From: Psilocybe cubensis
Lineage: Eukaryota
Length of the DNA: 64,000 nucleotides
Reading direction: 5' to 3'
Assembly: GCA_017499595.2 (NCBI GenBank)
Contig: CM039010.1
Coordinates: 1,364,001 to 1,428,000, forward strand
Shown here piece by piece: positions 25,807 through 39,704 of this stretch (the first letter of the stretch is position 1; every line of letters begins with the position of its first letter). Made by a program: the position numbers and the translations under genes. The notes under the pieces were generated by a model. That model ran no database searches. It saw only the letters and a list, made by a program, of their open reading frames with translations, and was not told the origin of the DNA.

Positions 25807-28714
25807 ATGGATTTCCCCATGGCCGAGCTTCGTTCGTGGAAGGAGCCTATAGACCAGCCTCACCATGTGAACCCACACTCGGACTATTGCTACCCTGGCG
25901 GACACGCAACATTTACGAACAGCGTTTATCTTTCGCTGTATGAGGAGGAAGAGTCTCGCGAGCAGCCGGTATGGGGCGAACCGTATGCGGCGGTGGATCC
26001 TTGCTCAGGGTTGACGAATAAGGAGATGTCCGAAGGTGCGAATCGCCCCACCATTTACTATCTTCTTCGTCTGTTCGATTCGATTCGAGGATTCCACAAG
26101 GTGCGTTACGTTCTTGCTGCCGTATGTGCCGTTTTTCCTTTACTTACCGTGTAATTTTCTTCATGACAGGGTTCTCTTGATCTATCTGGTCGTCACCCAG
26201 AGGTTTGTCAAATTGTGTTCATTAATATCACGATTCTATTCATTCATTGATCTTATCATCATCATTCACAGAGATACTACAATTTGCAAAGTCAATGGAA
26301 CCGATACCTATGCAGCTTTCTTAGTCTGGAGACAGAAATTCGACCATGTGGTGATCATGGTATGTAGCCACGAGGAGGCGCCAACTATTCTGCCCGTTCA
26401 TATCTCAACTGACGTTATTTTCGTCAGGTGGGATAAGCCAATACCAGATCGCCTTTAACGCGGAGCGTTGGCACCGATTCCAGCTAAAATGGCGTCTACC
26501 AGAATCCGCCTCATACAGCCAGCTCTTGAAGTGTACACGTACGTATCTTTTGCTTGGTTTTAGACTCTACTTTACGGCGCCCATACTAACTCACTTTGGG
26601 CTCTACAGAGAAAGTTCTCCAAGAGCTAAAACAGCACCCTGCCCCATGTTTTCAGATCATACGATTGATTGATCTTCCTGTCGAAGTTCTGGACAACATC
26701 GTCAGCCTTGCATCGACTTCTCAAGCAAAAGCTCTCGCCTGTACATGCCACACATTGAACGACATTGGGCAGAGACACATCTTCCGAGTATGTGAACCCC
26801 TATATCTGTTCTACTTTTAGCGACCTTCGGACTCATAATTTGTCCGTTGTTTTCCATTATGCCTGTCCGATTTTTACTTAGACATGGCCTATGCGACTGC
26901 ACGTACCGGCACACATCAGCCCTTTCAACGTCGAATACTCTTCGATTGACCTGCCAACGCTCGCGTATTACGCGCGTCAGGATCTCGAGCGCAGCGCGCG
27001 TTTTCTCATCGACACACCGCATATCAGCCAGCGCGTGCAACGGCTCGTGCTGACGGACGAATGGTGCGTCGCGCGCCGGGCCCAGCACGACCAGCACACG
27101 AACCCGTTCGCGCTGCCGCCCGATTTCTACAAGGGCGTGACGCAGATCTGGGGATCCGCACTTCAAATCGCACCGCGGCTGAGCACGCTCGTGCTGTGCA
27201 ATCTCGAGCTGGGCACCGAGCTCCTGCGGCGCATCTCAGAGATCCGCACGTTGCATACGCTCGAGATGCATCTGTGCGCGGTGCCACGGAGTGCGCTGCG
27301 TAAATTGCTTGTCGCTGCCACGTCTGCGTCGGCAAATTCGACATCGTCAGATAATGCCGCAAACAATGCCAGCAGCAGCAGCATATTGTGTCCGCAAATA
27401 TCGAACCTGCGCATATACATGGACTCTTCATTCGCCGAAACACACAGCCAGTGGGCAGGTCTCCTGCTGTGCCCCGCAGTGCGCACGCTGAGCGTGGTGC
27501 AATTCGGTATCGGCGCTTTTCCTGCTCCACCAGATGCAGCATTTTGGACGCGATGCAGACTCGACCACCTCGAGCGACTTTCGCTGGACAACATCGACGC
27601 AGGCGACCTCTCAGAACTCGTCCGTTTCCTATCCACTCCCACCAACAATGGAGCATCTGTGCCAGGCGCCGCCCACCGCATGACACATTTCAAGCTGCAC
27701 ATGGACTGGGGCTTGCCCGACGCAGACGTGCTTGCCCTTCTCTCGGCACTGCACACTGCACACGCGCCGCTCGAGATTCTCGTGCTCGAGGGCCTGGCGG
27801 AGGCATCGTTTGCGCTCTTTGACGGCATCGCGAGCCTCTTCCCCGATCTGCGTGCACTGACGCTCGTGCGCAGGGAGAATGGGAGCCAGCACCAAAACAA
27901 GCGTGCGCTTTGGCCAGGCAGTTCGTGGGAATATGCACAAAGGTTGCGGGCGTTCAGGCGGTTGGAAGCATTTTGTTGGAATTTCAAAGTGGAGTATTGG
28001 GATGCGACGCCGAGAGCACTGCTAGGGTTCGAAACGGATTTCGGAGCGGCGGGTACGGGTGTTGCTGGGTTGAACGCAAGTGGGAGGAGAAGAGCTGGAA
28101 GAGGTGTGATGAGGCGTGTGGAGAGTGATAGCACTGGCGGCGCGTCAGCTGCAGCAACAGAGGACGTGCCGTATTTTCTTGACAGCCACTGGATGGCGCT
28201 CCCGTTTGTCGCGTACTGCCCGACACTACGCTCGTTCTCGCTCATGGACCGCACAGTCGACATGGTGTGTCGTATCAACTCAGCGCCCGTTCACACTTCC
28301 GGGTCCGGGTGCAGAACTTCAACAACAGAAAACATTAAAGGAGGGTATTTGGGGAATAGGGGCTCGAGGGTGATGCAAGGAACTAATGGAAGTGGACGGA
28401 CAGGTACGGCGGTAGCGAAGGTGCTGACGCCGACGTATTATCCTATGCACTCTGGTGCGTTTTCGTGGACGACGGGTGGAGATTTAGGGAGTGGGGCGGG
28501 GGGAGGAGGTTCGCATGAATGTGTGTGGAATACGACAGCGTCGCATTGGCCTACTTTGGCACCGCTTGCGAGTTATGGGTCGGGTGATGGTGCGAGGGGT
28601 ACGACTTCTTCGACTTCGACTTTGACTTCGACTTCGAATTTGGGTTTGGGTTCGACTTCGACTTCTGCTGGTGTTGTTGCTGCTGATGGTGTCGATGGCC
28701 CTGGGAGGATGTGA
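25807..28714 (+). CDS. F-box/LRR-like protein (multi-exon)
   Basis: F-box-like RLIDLPVEVLDNIVSLASTSQAKALACTCHTLNDIG, followed by a 607-aa exon with LxxLxL repeats (LSTLVLCNL, LERLSLDNI, LRALTLVR). Confidence 0.75.
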
Positions 28715-31413
28715 TTGCGATTGCGTCGATTCGAATTTTTTCGAATGCAGATGCATAGTGGCCGTCCGCGGGTGACTTGGTGGCTTCTTTCTTTCCTTTG
28801 ATTCTCCTATTTCTCTTCTCTTAGTACTACACTACCCCCTTCCAAAAGTTTCCTGTATAGTAATCTGTATTCGTTGTCTTCATCACATTCGCATTCGCAT
28901 CCGATAGCATCCAGCATCATCAGCCTCAGCATCGTCATCAGGATTCGGACCTTAGCACATCATGTACCCACCCCTCAGTACGACTCGTTTTTGGTCATTA
29001 TAATAAAAGCTCAAAAGGTTCAGGGCAGTTCGCCCTGGGTCCTTGATCACAGGATTCCGTGAAAGGGGTAGACACTTTGAAAGAGTAAATACATGATCCT
29101 CTATTGATTGTTACACTGAAAATCCTCAAAAAGATATACCGTCAAGGACGAAAGCGAGTTGTTACAATTACAGAATACACATTATTGACAATGACCCAAG
29201 AAAAAATGACGATGGTACTTCTACTATGACTTTCTACCCTAATTATTAATGGTACATGGCGAGTACAGGACAGATGATACTGTACAATTGCGAAGCGAAA
29301 CAAAAAGATGAGGGGAGCATCAATCATCAATCATCAATCAGGAAACCTTCGCAAGGTACAGAAAACGAAAAACGAAAAACAAAGAGCGAAGAGCGAAGGA
29401 GCAGAATTATTAACAATAAGAGCATGGTGAAAGCAAATTGGACAAGGGCGTCTAAAATAATGAGATTTGCCCAAGAAGAACACGAAAACAGACGGGAGTC
29501 GAGGGTGATAGCAAAACAAACGAAAGAAGAAAAAGGTAGCTCGAAGAAAGAAGAAGGCGGTGGTCTGCAAAGGCGAAGCGGGAAAGGACGAGGAGGGGAA
29601 GGAGGAGGAGGAGGAGGAGGAGGAAGAAGAAGAGGGTGGGCGCGCGTTTGCGGTTTTAGGTCAAGAAGTTGGATTTGTTGCGAGATATTCGGAGTCGGAC
29701 TTTTTCATTTGGTTCGTCGTCGATCCAGGTAGTGGTTGGTTGGAATGGACACAGAACGACGAAAAAATGTGCAAAGTCCAAGGGAAGATGAAAGAGTGTA
29801 TAGCGTGTGGCTTGAAGATTGAGGATTGAGGTACCGAGTCGACGCGGGGGGTGTCCGATAAAGCAAAAGATGGTCAGCGGCGTATGTGCATAACGCAGGC
29901 AGAATCCTCCTTCGAGATCTTCGTCCAAGCGTTGGAATGCCAATATCCGTCCGGACCACAAAATACGAGGCGTATGGTGACACCGCAGGGATGGTTCAAA
30001 ATATAACACTCATATTTCGAGGAATGAGTATACGCGATTCGCGTCGAAGGTTCTACAGTAAAAAAAACAGGGTGAATACAATAGCTCAATGGAAACCAGA
30101 GGGGCGGGGGGCGGGCGGGGGAGGTATCCAACGCACCTTAACGTAGCTTACAACCTTTCTAAACGGGTTCTTCTTCCCCAGCGGACGAGCGACATACACA
30201 GTATTACGATCGCGCATGAAAATATCCTGCAGGATATCTTCCGTGCTGTTCATTGGCTGGTCACATTATTAGTTGACTGGGTCTGCACAAAGAATTTTTG
30301 ACAGATAACGTACCGGAAGCTCGGAGGTATGCACGGGGTCTCCACCCGTGAAATATGTGGAATGGCGGAAGGGATATTGCGACATGGTTCTTTGATTCGA
30401 GTGGGCGGTCAGGTATCGCTTGAGGCGGGAGGAAGAACGCGAGGTGGACAATCGGGGCAGGATAGACATAAAACCGCCAAAAACACAGGCTTTTATATAG
30501 AATTACGCTCAAATTCGAGACAAGAAAGGGATGATAAGGGATGCTTGAATGGATGAATGAATGACAAAGTTATGAATGCTGTTTGATGTAAGCGAGGGTT
30601 TGAGTACGGCCACACTCTAGACTCTTTTTGGTGAGACTCGGAATTACGAAAAAGAAAGAAAGAAGAGCACCGACAAAGTTAAGCTGAAAGCCAGTTCACT
30701 GAAAGACCGATAGATGAAAGGCGAGAGCGAGCGCGAGCCGATAAAATGCCCGAGAGCAAACGGTAAAAAGTTGGCAAAGCAAATTCTTGAGAAAGCATAC
30801 TCTTAAACCATTTCATTCCATTCTTACTGCCCCACTCAATTTTAATTAAAGACCAATGCGTTCAGAAGAAGGAAGCGCTTGCCTGTCATTGCCAGTTCAT
30901 TTGCTTCGATGGCTGATTGACTGCTTTGACATTGGAGCGCCTTGCCACTCCGATTCCGACGTAGTTGCTAGCTTCTTCCCCACATCACAACCCAATAACT
31001 CTTCGAACCACACGCGAATGGGAATTGACCGGGAACCGAGACTCAAAAGCGTACATTTCAGGCGTCCAAGCAAGGTGGTAGGGGTCGTCTTTGGGACTCG
31101 TGAGCAGAGCCGGGCAAGCCGCGATAACAGAATTGACAATGTAAATTTGAATTACAATTGGCGTCTTGAACCCATTGGATATGAACAAAATCCCTGTGAG
31201 GTTAGACTATATATGAATGTCGAGGAAATGGCGTTGGCGTGGAACGGAAACTGCGAATCGTGAGAGAGCAAGAAGTGGACGCCCGCTTAACACCGGAGCA
31301 TGTGACTTAACTTGCTTTACGACGCGCCACGCCAAAACGCGTTCCAACGCAACGCGACTTACCGAAAAATATGGAAGTGATGATAGTGAGATGTAGAGAC
31401 TATATAAAAATAG

Positions 31414-31680
31414 GAAAAAAAGAAAAAAGAAAAAAGAAAAAAGAAAAAAGAAAAAAGAAAAAAGAAAAAAGAAAAAAGAAAAAAGAAAAAAGAAAAAAGA
31501 AAAAAGAAAAAAGAAAAAAGAAAAAAGAAAAAAGAAAAAAGAAAAAAGAAAAAAGAAAAAAGAAAAAAGAAAAAAGAAAAAAGAAAAAAGAAAAAAGAAA
31601 AAAGAAAAAAGAAAAAAGAAAAAAGAAAAAAGAAAAAAGAAAAAAGAAAAAAGAAAAAAGAAAAAAGAAAAAAGAAAAAA
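31414..31680. repeat. (GAAAAAA)n heptanucleotide microsatellite, ~38 copies
   Basis: Directly visible, near-perfect repeat. Confidence 0.95.
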
Positions 31681-31992
31681 GGTTGGGAATGGGAATGGGA
31701 AACGGTATTGTTAAGATTGAAATTGGACTTTGTGTATTGCTGGGGCGAAGTTAAAATCCAAGAAAGAAGTGTAAATGATAAGAGTGTCGTGATCATGAGT
31801 GGTCAAGGTGAAAAGGAAAAGGGGGGAAAAGCACGAAAGACGGGTGTCAGGATCATGATTGGGATTGTTGGAGATGCACAAAAAGATGAGAAGAAGTGAG
31901 AAAATAATAAATAAAAAAGGAATGAGAAGAAGAGAAAAAATATAAGGTGTCGGGAGATAATGGTTAAAGTGGAATTTTATGAAGAAGTCGAT

Positions 31993-32821
31993 TGTCGGTT
32001 TAAATGAGTGATTCAGAGTAGCAAGGGGGGACCTCCAACATCTCAAGAGCCAAGGCAGACCGCACTACCTGTGATGAAGACACCAAAGCAAAGCCACCCC
32101 ATTCGCATGAAGGCAATCTCGCAAAGGAGCCAGAGGCACAGGCAGTCGTCCACCAAAAGCTCAAGAGGCGTCAAAGCAGACAAGCCAATGATACCAGGGA
32201 GTCAAGCCGAGATACTGCTCAAGCGTACGCAAGAGACATGCACCGCGAATGAGACCGAGGCGTCGAGCGAGTCCGCCAAAGCGAGAAGCACGGGAGACAG
32301 ACTCCGCCGTCGATGCGCGAAGGCGTCAACAGCAGTGTCCGTCAGTGCGACAAGCTTCGAGGTCTTGGAAGTGGGGCCAATGTCGGGTGTGAAAAAAATA
32401 AATGAAGAAAGATAATGAGACGTGGGTGGATCATAAGAGCGGTCGAATGTCGGTTTAAATGAATGTAGCAAGGGTGAACCTCCAACATCTCAAGAGCCAA
32501 GATGGACAGCACCGCCTGTGATGAAGACACCAAAGCAAAACTACCCCATTCACATGAAGGCAATCTCGCAAAGGAGCCAGAGGCACAGGCAGTCGTCCAC
32601 CAAATGCCCAAGAGGCGTCGAAGCAGACGAGCCAGTGATACCAAGGAGTCAAGCCGAGATACTGCTCAAGCGTACGCAAGAGACAGGTACCACAACTGAG
32701 ACCGAGGCGTCGAGCGAGTCCGCCAAAGCAAGAAGCACAGGAGACAGACTCCGCCGTTGATGCGCGAGGGCGTCAACAGCAGTGTCCGTCAGTGCGACAA
32801 GCCTCGAGGTCTTGGAAGTGG
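31993..32821. repeat. Tandem duplication of a ~375-bp segment (copies ~31993-32372 and ~32448-32821)
   Basis: Both copies run tgtcggtttaaatga...ctccaacatctcaagagccaag...gaggtcttggaagtgg with scattered substitutions. Confidence 0.9.
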
Positions 32822-34412
32822 ATAGTTTTATGCGGTTGTTGAGTTTGGATTGGGTAGAGAAGAAATAGAAATAAAAAAAGCGAGGGCGGTTTGTGTTGAT
32901 GTTACTTGAGTGTTGAAGCAAAGGGAAAGAAAGAAGCAAGGCGAGATTGAAAAAGGCAAATTCAAGACAAGGCGACGTTGAGCAAAGACGATATTGAGAA
33001 AAGACCACGTAGAGCAAAGGCGATATTGAGACAAGACCACGTCGAGAAAAGGCGATGTCAAGCAATCCCATCGAGGCCAAGGAATACCAGACGAAGACCC
33101 AGGCAAAGCAAAGCAAACCTCGAACACGCTCAGAACTACAAAACGCCGTTTAATCAATGGATAAAATACCCAACAGCGAACAGGGGCATTTACTCACTAC
33201 GTTTAAGACTAGGCGATATAGCGATAACGATGTGTCGATTATGATCAGGTCCAGTTGTAGTGTGAGTATGGTCAGCCTCAGATGCAACCGCTCTGAGGTA
33301 ATGTATCTTGCCCGCCTTTTCGAATAACGTTGGGCGATGTTGCGAGTACCCTTTGGTTGTACCTGCACCCAGACCTAACGAACGTGGGCGACGTTGATAG
33401 GTATATCACCACCACCACCACCCCGCCCGTCAGGGTAGTATGCCAACCTACTCAAGGAACATGTATAGCACAACCGAATAAGCACAGCGATGAAGTCGAC
33501 CACATACCAAACAAAACCAAAACCACTGGGAGCCCATCTGCCCTGAGCAGTGATTGTAGCAGACGAGAGTCAAGTTGATGGGGGGGCACCAGACGAACAC
33601 TGGCAGGTTTATATATGCACACGGTCGATCATTGGGCGGCACGCAATGCCGCACTTACGGTACCTATAATTAGCTGTGATTCGGACCCGTGATGTCATTG
33701 TTGTCATTGTCAGCCGCTTTGGGTACGAGTGGGTGCATGTACTAAGCGCTGAGCGCCAGCCGCCAGGCGTATGTGTATGTTTGGGACTGGACTGGACTGG
33801 ACTGAACTGATCTTCGGGGAGAGTTTTCAACTTGACTAAATATCGAGGAAATGACGCGGTATTGGGTGATATAGGGGTGGCGATAAGAGACGACGCGTCG
33901 TGTCATGTTGTGAATATTAGAGGAAAAACATACAACTCTGACCGTAACCTCTTTTTCACCTCCATCGATTAATCTAACCCATTTCCTATTCAAAGCCGCA
34001 TTTTTGTTGGTCAGTCAATTAAATAAAAAATAAAAAATGTCCTTCACAAACTCAACCCAACAAATCCGCCTCAAGTCACTGGCAGTTACAAGTGGCAACC
34101 CCTTGGATATTCATTACAACATATAAATATATACAATCTTGAGCAAAACGACATACCTTAGCAGATTAACTTGTTGTAGGAAGCCTTGAACTTTGAACTT
34201 TGAACTACACAAGCCTCCAAGCCTCCAAGCTCCAAGCTTCATTGAAATATCAACGTGAATCCTAAATATTAAATCCTGAATCCATGACATCCAAACCGTC
34301 ATATATCCATATCCATATCCCAACCATCCAGTCCCACCTAACCCAAAAGCATCAACCACAATCCAACCACACCACATCACAAAGCACAAAATCATCCTAA
34401 TCCCAATCTCAA

Positions 34413-37400
34413 TCACGCCCTCCCAAGAAGCTTAAGCGCAAGCGCCTCCTCATCCTCCAACTCCGTCTCCTTCTCCTGTTTCCGCTTCTTATTCGCATTC
34501 GTATTCCCAATCTTCTTCCCACCACCGCCCTCATCCTCATCCTCATCAACACCCCTCGGCCGCTTCTTACTACCCCCCTTCGTCGACTTCGTCGAAGAAG
34601 AAGGCGGGACGTACATATCCATCTTGTCAAATTCAGCTTCTTCATCCGAGTCAAGTGGTGGGAGGTCAAAGTCCGGCGAAACATATCCATCAGCGCCTTC
34701 AGAGTCGTAGTCGGAACCAGAGCCGGAGTCGGAGGGGAGGGCAGCTCTCGCACTGGGTCCAGCAGGAATCCCATTCGCCTATACCCGCCAAAACCAAAAA
34801 AAAAAAGAAACAAGTCAGCTCGCATTCCCGAAAAGACCAAAACCGAACAATCAAAAAAAAAAATATAAAAAAAAGATCGCAAAACATCAGGTAAAAGGAA
34901 AAAAAGAGGTCGCAAAAAATCGCAAAAAAAAAATACCCACCTCCCGTTCCCTCTCCTTCCTCTTCCTCCTCTTCTCCCTCCTCCGTTCCCTCGCCTCCTC
35001 CCAATCCCTCTTATCCGCCTCCCTCCTCATCCTCTCCTCCTCCCCTTTCACCCACTCCTCCCCAAACGTCCTCACACCATCCACACCCCCTTGCTGCTCA
35101 TAAAACTGGTCAGCGGACGCGAGCTCGTAGAGCTGGTGTGGGGTACCCGAGGCGTCGAATATGAGTTTTGTGTTGAGGGCATGCGGGGCTGTAAGAGTGC
35201 TGGGGTTTGTTGAGGAGGTGGAGGGTAACGTGGACGAGAGCAAAGCCTTCGAAAGCGCCGCTTTCGAACGCAACATCTTCTGCTTCCGCTTCGACAACGA
35301 GGACGGATCGTCGAGCGGTTTATCCTCATCTGATAAATCATGATCCGCCCTCTTCAGAACGATAAAGTCATCGTCATCGTCATCGGGAGCTTTTTCACCC
35401 GCCTCGCCCTCGCCCTCGCCCTCGTCTTCACCATGAGCAACAAGCCGTGCATAATGCGCAGACAGCACACTCTGATTCTTGCGCTCGAACATCCTGTCGT
35501 ATTTCGTGCGTACTTTCTCCGGTGCAGCGCGCGTATGTGTCGCGTTCGCGTTCGGTTTTTCGTCTTCCTCTTCGCCGCTTTCCTCGCTACTTTCTTCTCC
35601 ATTCCCACCCTCGGACTCCTCTTCACTCTCACTCGCACTTGCCGCACTCTCAACCTTCTTCACCTCTTTTTTCGGCACATCTCCCGCCCCCCGATTCCCC
35701 CCCTCCTTCTTCCCCTTCCCAAACTTGATCTTCGGTACACCCGGCAACCCCAGACTCTCCGCATACTCCTTCACAGGCAACTTGTCGAGGCTGAATATCG
35801 ATTTATCCTTTTGGAGATGTACAGAGCGAAGGTACGATATAAACGCCTGTAATCAAGTTGAATTAAGTTAACGAAGAGAAAAGACAACACACACACAACA
35901 CACACCTTTTGCCCCAAATACTTGATCTCCACATCCTTCCACATAATCCCTTGCAACTGTACCCTCAAATCCACTTCCAAACTCTTCTTCCCCACCTTGC
36001 CCTTGACCAACCCGCTCACACCCCTCTCTTCCAACGCCCGCAACATCCCTTCCTCTTCAGATGGTAAGAGGAAGAGCAAAGCACGACCAGGCGCACCGAG
36101 CCGCGCGGTCCGCCCAACGCGGTGGATGTACGTCTCTGCGTCTTCAGGTGCATCAAGCTGGATAACCCAGTCGACAGACGGAAAGTCAAGCCCACGCGCT
36201 GCAATATCAGTCGCAAAAAGCACAACACCATGTCCCTGCCCTTCTTCTCCTTTCCCCCCACCCATCCCAACAAACCTCCCAAACACCTCCATCCGCACCC
36301 CCATCTTCATCCTCCCATGCAACGCAAGCAACGGCACACCAGGGTGCATGCGGCAGAACGCAGCATGCGCAAAGGCCACCTGCTTGCAGCTCGAGAAGAA
36401 CACGATGGTTTTGGCGTGCAGGTGCGTTTTCAGGAACGACCAGAGGAGGGAGAGTTTGGACGGGAGCGGGGTGAGGATGTAGGTGTGTGTTAGGGTTGGC
36501 GGGAGGGAGGGGGTTGTGCTGGGGGTGGGTTCTGATTGGGAGGAGGAGGAGGGGTCGCCGACGGTTACAGGCGCTTTGAGAGAGAGCCGAGCGAGATCGG
36601 AGACTTTATCTGTCTGCGTAGCGGAGAACAGCAGCGTCTGGCGCGAGGCGGGTAGATGACCCAAGAGCGCCGTCAGCGTGCGCTGGAATCCCATGTCGAG
36701 TATACGGTCCGCCTCGTCGAGTACTGTACATCATTAGATATTTCTTTTGAATGAATAAAAAAACACACCAAGGATCTGCAAATTCCCTGCGTCAAAGCCA
36801 ACGGTCTGGTCCATGTGCTGCAGCAACCGGCCGGGTGTAGCGACGAGGATGTTCATGCGTGATAAACGATCCGATTCGTCTTTGACGGATTTGCCGCCGA
36901 TAACGAGGCCTGCTGAAAAAGAGTGAAAGCCCCCAATGGAGCGCAGGACGTCGAAAATTTGCACGGCCTACAAAAATATCAGTAACCGCAAAGATATCAG
37001 TCGGAGGACGCACGAGCTCTCGTGTAGGTGATACGATTAACGCGCCTAGTCCGTCTGCAGCGCTCCACCTCCGCCTGTAGAGAATGTCGAGGACGGGAAC
37101 AAGGAACGCGAGTGTTTTGCCGCTCCCCGTGCGCGCTGCTCCCAGCACATCCTTGCACTGCAGCGAGATGGGTATACTGGCTTTTTGAATTGGGGTGAGT
37201 GTGACGAACGCTGCTTTTTTGAGGCCTGGTGAATGTGTGGGTTAGTATCACGGAGGGCAATTTGCGGTCATGTTTGTCAAATCGCATGTGTGCGGGAGGT
37301 TACACCGCTGGCGCTCATATGTATTTTCAAGAAAAATAAGGACCAGTAATTATGTTTCCGGTTTGTTTTTGACATATTTGCCGTGCTATTAGCCTCCCGC

Positions 37401-37742
37401 ACACATGCCATTCCGCAACATGACTGGCAATTGCCTGCCGTGTGTGTTTGTGATTGAGAGAGGGGAAAATGCGGTACCGCGCTTGGTGGGCTCGGAGAGA
37501 GGGAGATCAGCGAATTTTTCGAGGTCTACAGGTGGCTCCTGCGTTGTATCAGCACATAGAAGAAGTTAAAAAAGAGAGAGACGCACATAGGACATGGCAT
37601 CTCGCTCCAGCGCCTCGATCTTTTGCTTCTCCGCTACTTTCTTCAGCTTCGATGTGCGCACAACCGGCTTCTGCTTCTGTTTCTGCTTATTCTTGTTTTT
37701 GTTGGGGGCATGCTGCCGCGAAGGGCCAGCGAGCGGAATCAT
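34413..37742 (-). CDS. DBP4: ATP-dependent DEAD-box RNA helicase DBP4 (DDX10), 18S rRNA biogenesis
   Basis: Q motif [69 protein letters not shown], and the DBP4-typical [14 protein letters not shown]. Confidence 0.93.
37249..37442. mobile_element. Degenerate MITE (CACGG...CCGTG termini) inside DBP4 intron 2
   Basis: Left cacggagggcaatttgcggtcatgtttgtcaaatcgcatgtgtgcgggaggtta; reverse complement of right cacggcaggcaattgccagtcatgttgcggaatggcatgtgtgcgggaggcta. Flanks tat/tgt. Confidence 0.65.
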
Positions 37743-38647
37743 CGCAAAGTTGAGAGTAGAGAGCAAAAGATTCAAATTCAAAATCTATTAATGAGAGCAC
37801 GGTGTCCTTGCTCACCTAAAATTTACATAAGCAAGACCGCCTCTTACGGGAAGTTGCCGGAACCAAACAAATACGCGCACGCCGCGCGTGGTCAGATCAT
37901 AGATCATGTAGGAGGTGCGCGCGGCGTGAATGATCGTTTAACGGACAACTTGAGGTGAACGGGTTCGTTCGTTTTAAATGCGAAGTATTTGCAATGCATA
38001 TCTGCGTACAAAATGGAGGGGTGAGTATTTTTTTTGGGTGTTCTAAATGCATCTCTGAGCTCCTAAAAGATTCTGCCCGACGGGTTTCCAGATGATACAG
38101 CATGGGTGGCGCCGGCAATTACTTCAACGTGTTCAAGAGAATTATTTTTGACAAACAATTTGAGGTGAACGGGCTCATTTGCCTTTTCAAGCTGATATAA
38201 TTTGCTATCAAGTACATTTGTGTACAAAATGAAAGAATGACAGTTGAATATAAGTCCGCGAAATCCTTAAAATACCTTTTGAAACATTCAGCTTGGTTCT
38301 TGATGGGTTTCCCAATGTGCTACGCAGGTTTCCAATTATTTCAATGGTTACAAACTACTACGGATCCACAAGTAATTGTCCAAGCTGCTCGTGAACGGGA
38401 TTGGGATAGAAAAATTGCATGTTATTTTTTCATCTCACCTGATTGGCTGTGTATGGTACTATGGGGAAAGAATTCAAAGGTATAAAATAAATACAATGAG
38501 GGGGCGCGAAGCACCGACGGGGTCGAGGGCCGCGAACGGCGCGTAGGGAAAAGCTCGTGATCATTATGTAATAACTGGACACGGAAGCAATAGTATTAGC
38601 AGAGACACGCGTATTTGGCACAGTTCTCCCTTTCAGCAACAACGACG

Positions 38648-39704
38648 ATGCTATTCTCCTTCACCGCGCGCATAGTTAGGTGCGCATATAGTCACCTCTT
38701 CACCATCCTCTAACCATTCCCCACAGCGCACTCGCTGCCTTTATCTACCCGGGCTATGCTTCCTACAAGACACTCAGCCAGCGCCCCGCCTCTGAAGCTG
38801 AGCTTGAGCGCTGGCTCATGTACTGGTCCGTCCTAGGCTGCATCGTCGGTGTCGAGTACATCGCAGAGTGGCTCGTCTCCTGGTTCGTCTTTTGTTCATT
38901 CTCTCCCTTTTATGTCCATATCTCACCCACCCCAGGATCCCATTCTACACCTCCCTCAAAGCCCTCTTCCTTCTCTACCTCGCCCTCCCACAAACCCAAG
39001 GATCGACTTACATCTACCACACCCATCTACGCCCCTTCCTATCTACACACGAGCGCACGATTGACAGCGCGATCGCCGAGGTGCGCGGGAGGGTGTACCG
39101 CTTCGTGCAGGAGCGTGCGCAGGCGCTGTGGGCAGCCGTCGTCGCGAGTCTTGCTGGAGGCGCCGCTGGTGCCCCTGGCTCTGACGCAGGTGCAGGTGTG
39201 ACCCCGCCTACGCAGCATGGGCACGGACAGCAGCCTGCCCCCGCAGGCCCGACGCAGCTCCTCTCCTCCCTCTGGACATCCTACGGTCCCGGGATCCTTG
39301 CAGGCGGCGCCGCACTCCTTCGACAAACCGCTACCGCTACACTTCCCTCCTCTTCCTCCCCTGCCTCTCACACCACCTCAAAACCCACAACAACAGCAGT
39401 AGCAACGGACCCCGCGGAGCGCCGCCGCCAACTAGAAGCCGAGCTCGCCGCGCTCTCCTCCTTACCCGCAGCACCCACCGAGCGCCCCTCCTCCTTCGCC
39501 TCCTCTTCTTCTTCCGCATCTATCAACTCTGCGCATGGCGCGGGGAGGTTTGAAGAGATTCGAGGAGGGGAGGTTGAGGGGTATGAGGTTGATGACGAAG
39601 ATGATGATGGGGAGATCCGGAAGGCGGGTGGGGGGTGGTTCTCGGGCTGGGGCGCGGGTACAGCGTCTGGGAAGGGGGGTTATGAGCGGGTGAAGAGTGA
39701 TTAG
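38648..39704 (+). CDS. TB2/DP1/HVA22 (Yop1/REEP) family ER-shaping protein (3 exons)
   Basis: YPGYASYKTL..ELERWLMYWSVLG..EYIAEWLVSW/IPFYTSLKALFLLYLALPQTQGSTYIY..LRPFL..HE..ID. Confidence 0.9.

Noticed and set aside
31359-31796. Poly-Lys / poly-Phe ORFs
   Set aside because: Artefacts of the (GAAAAAA)n microsatellite.
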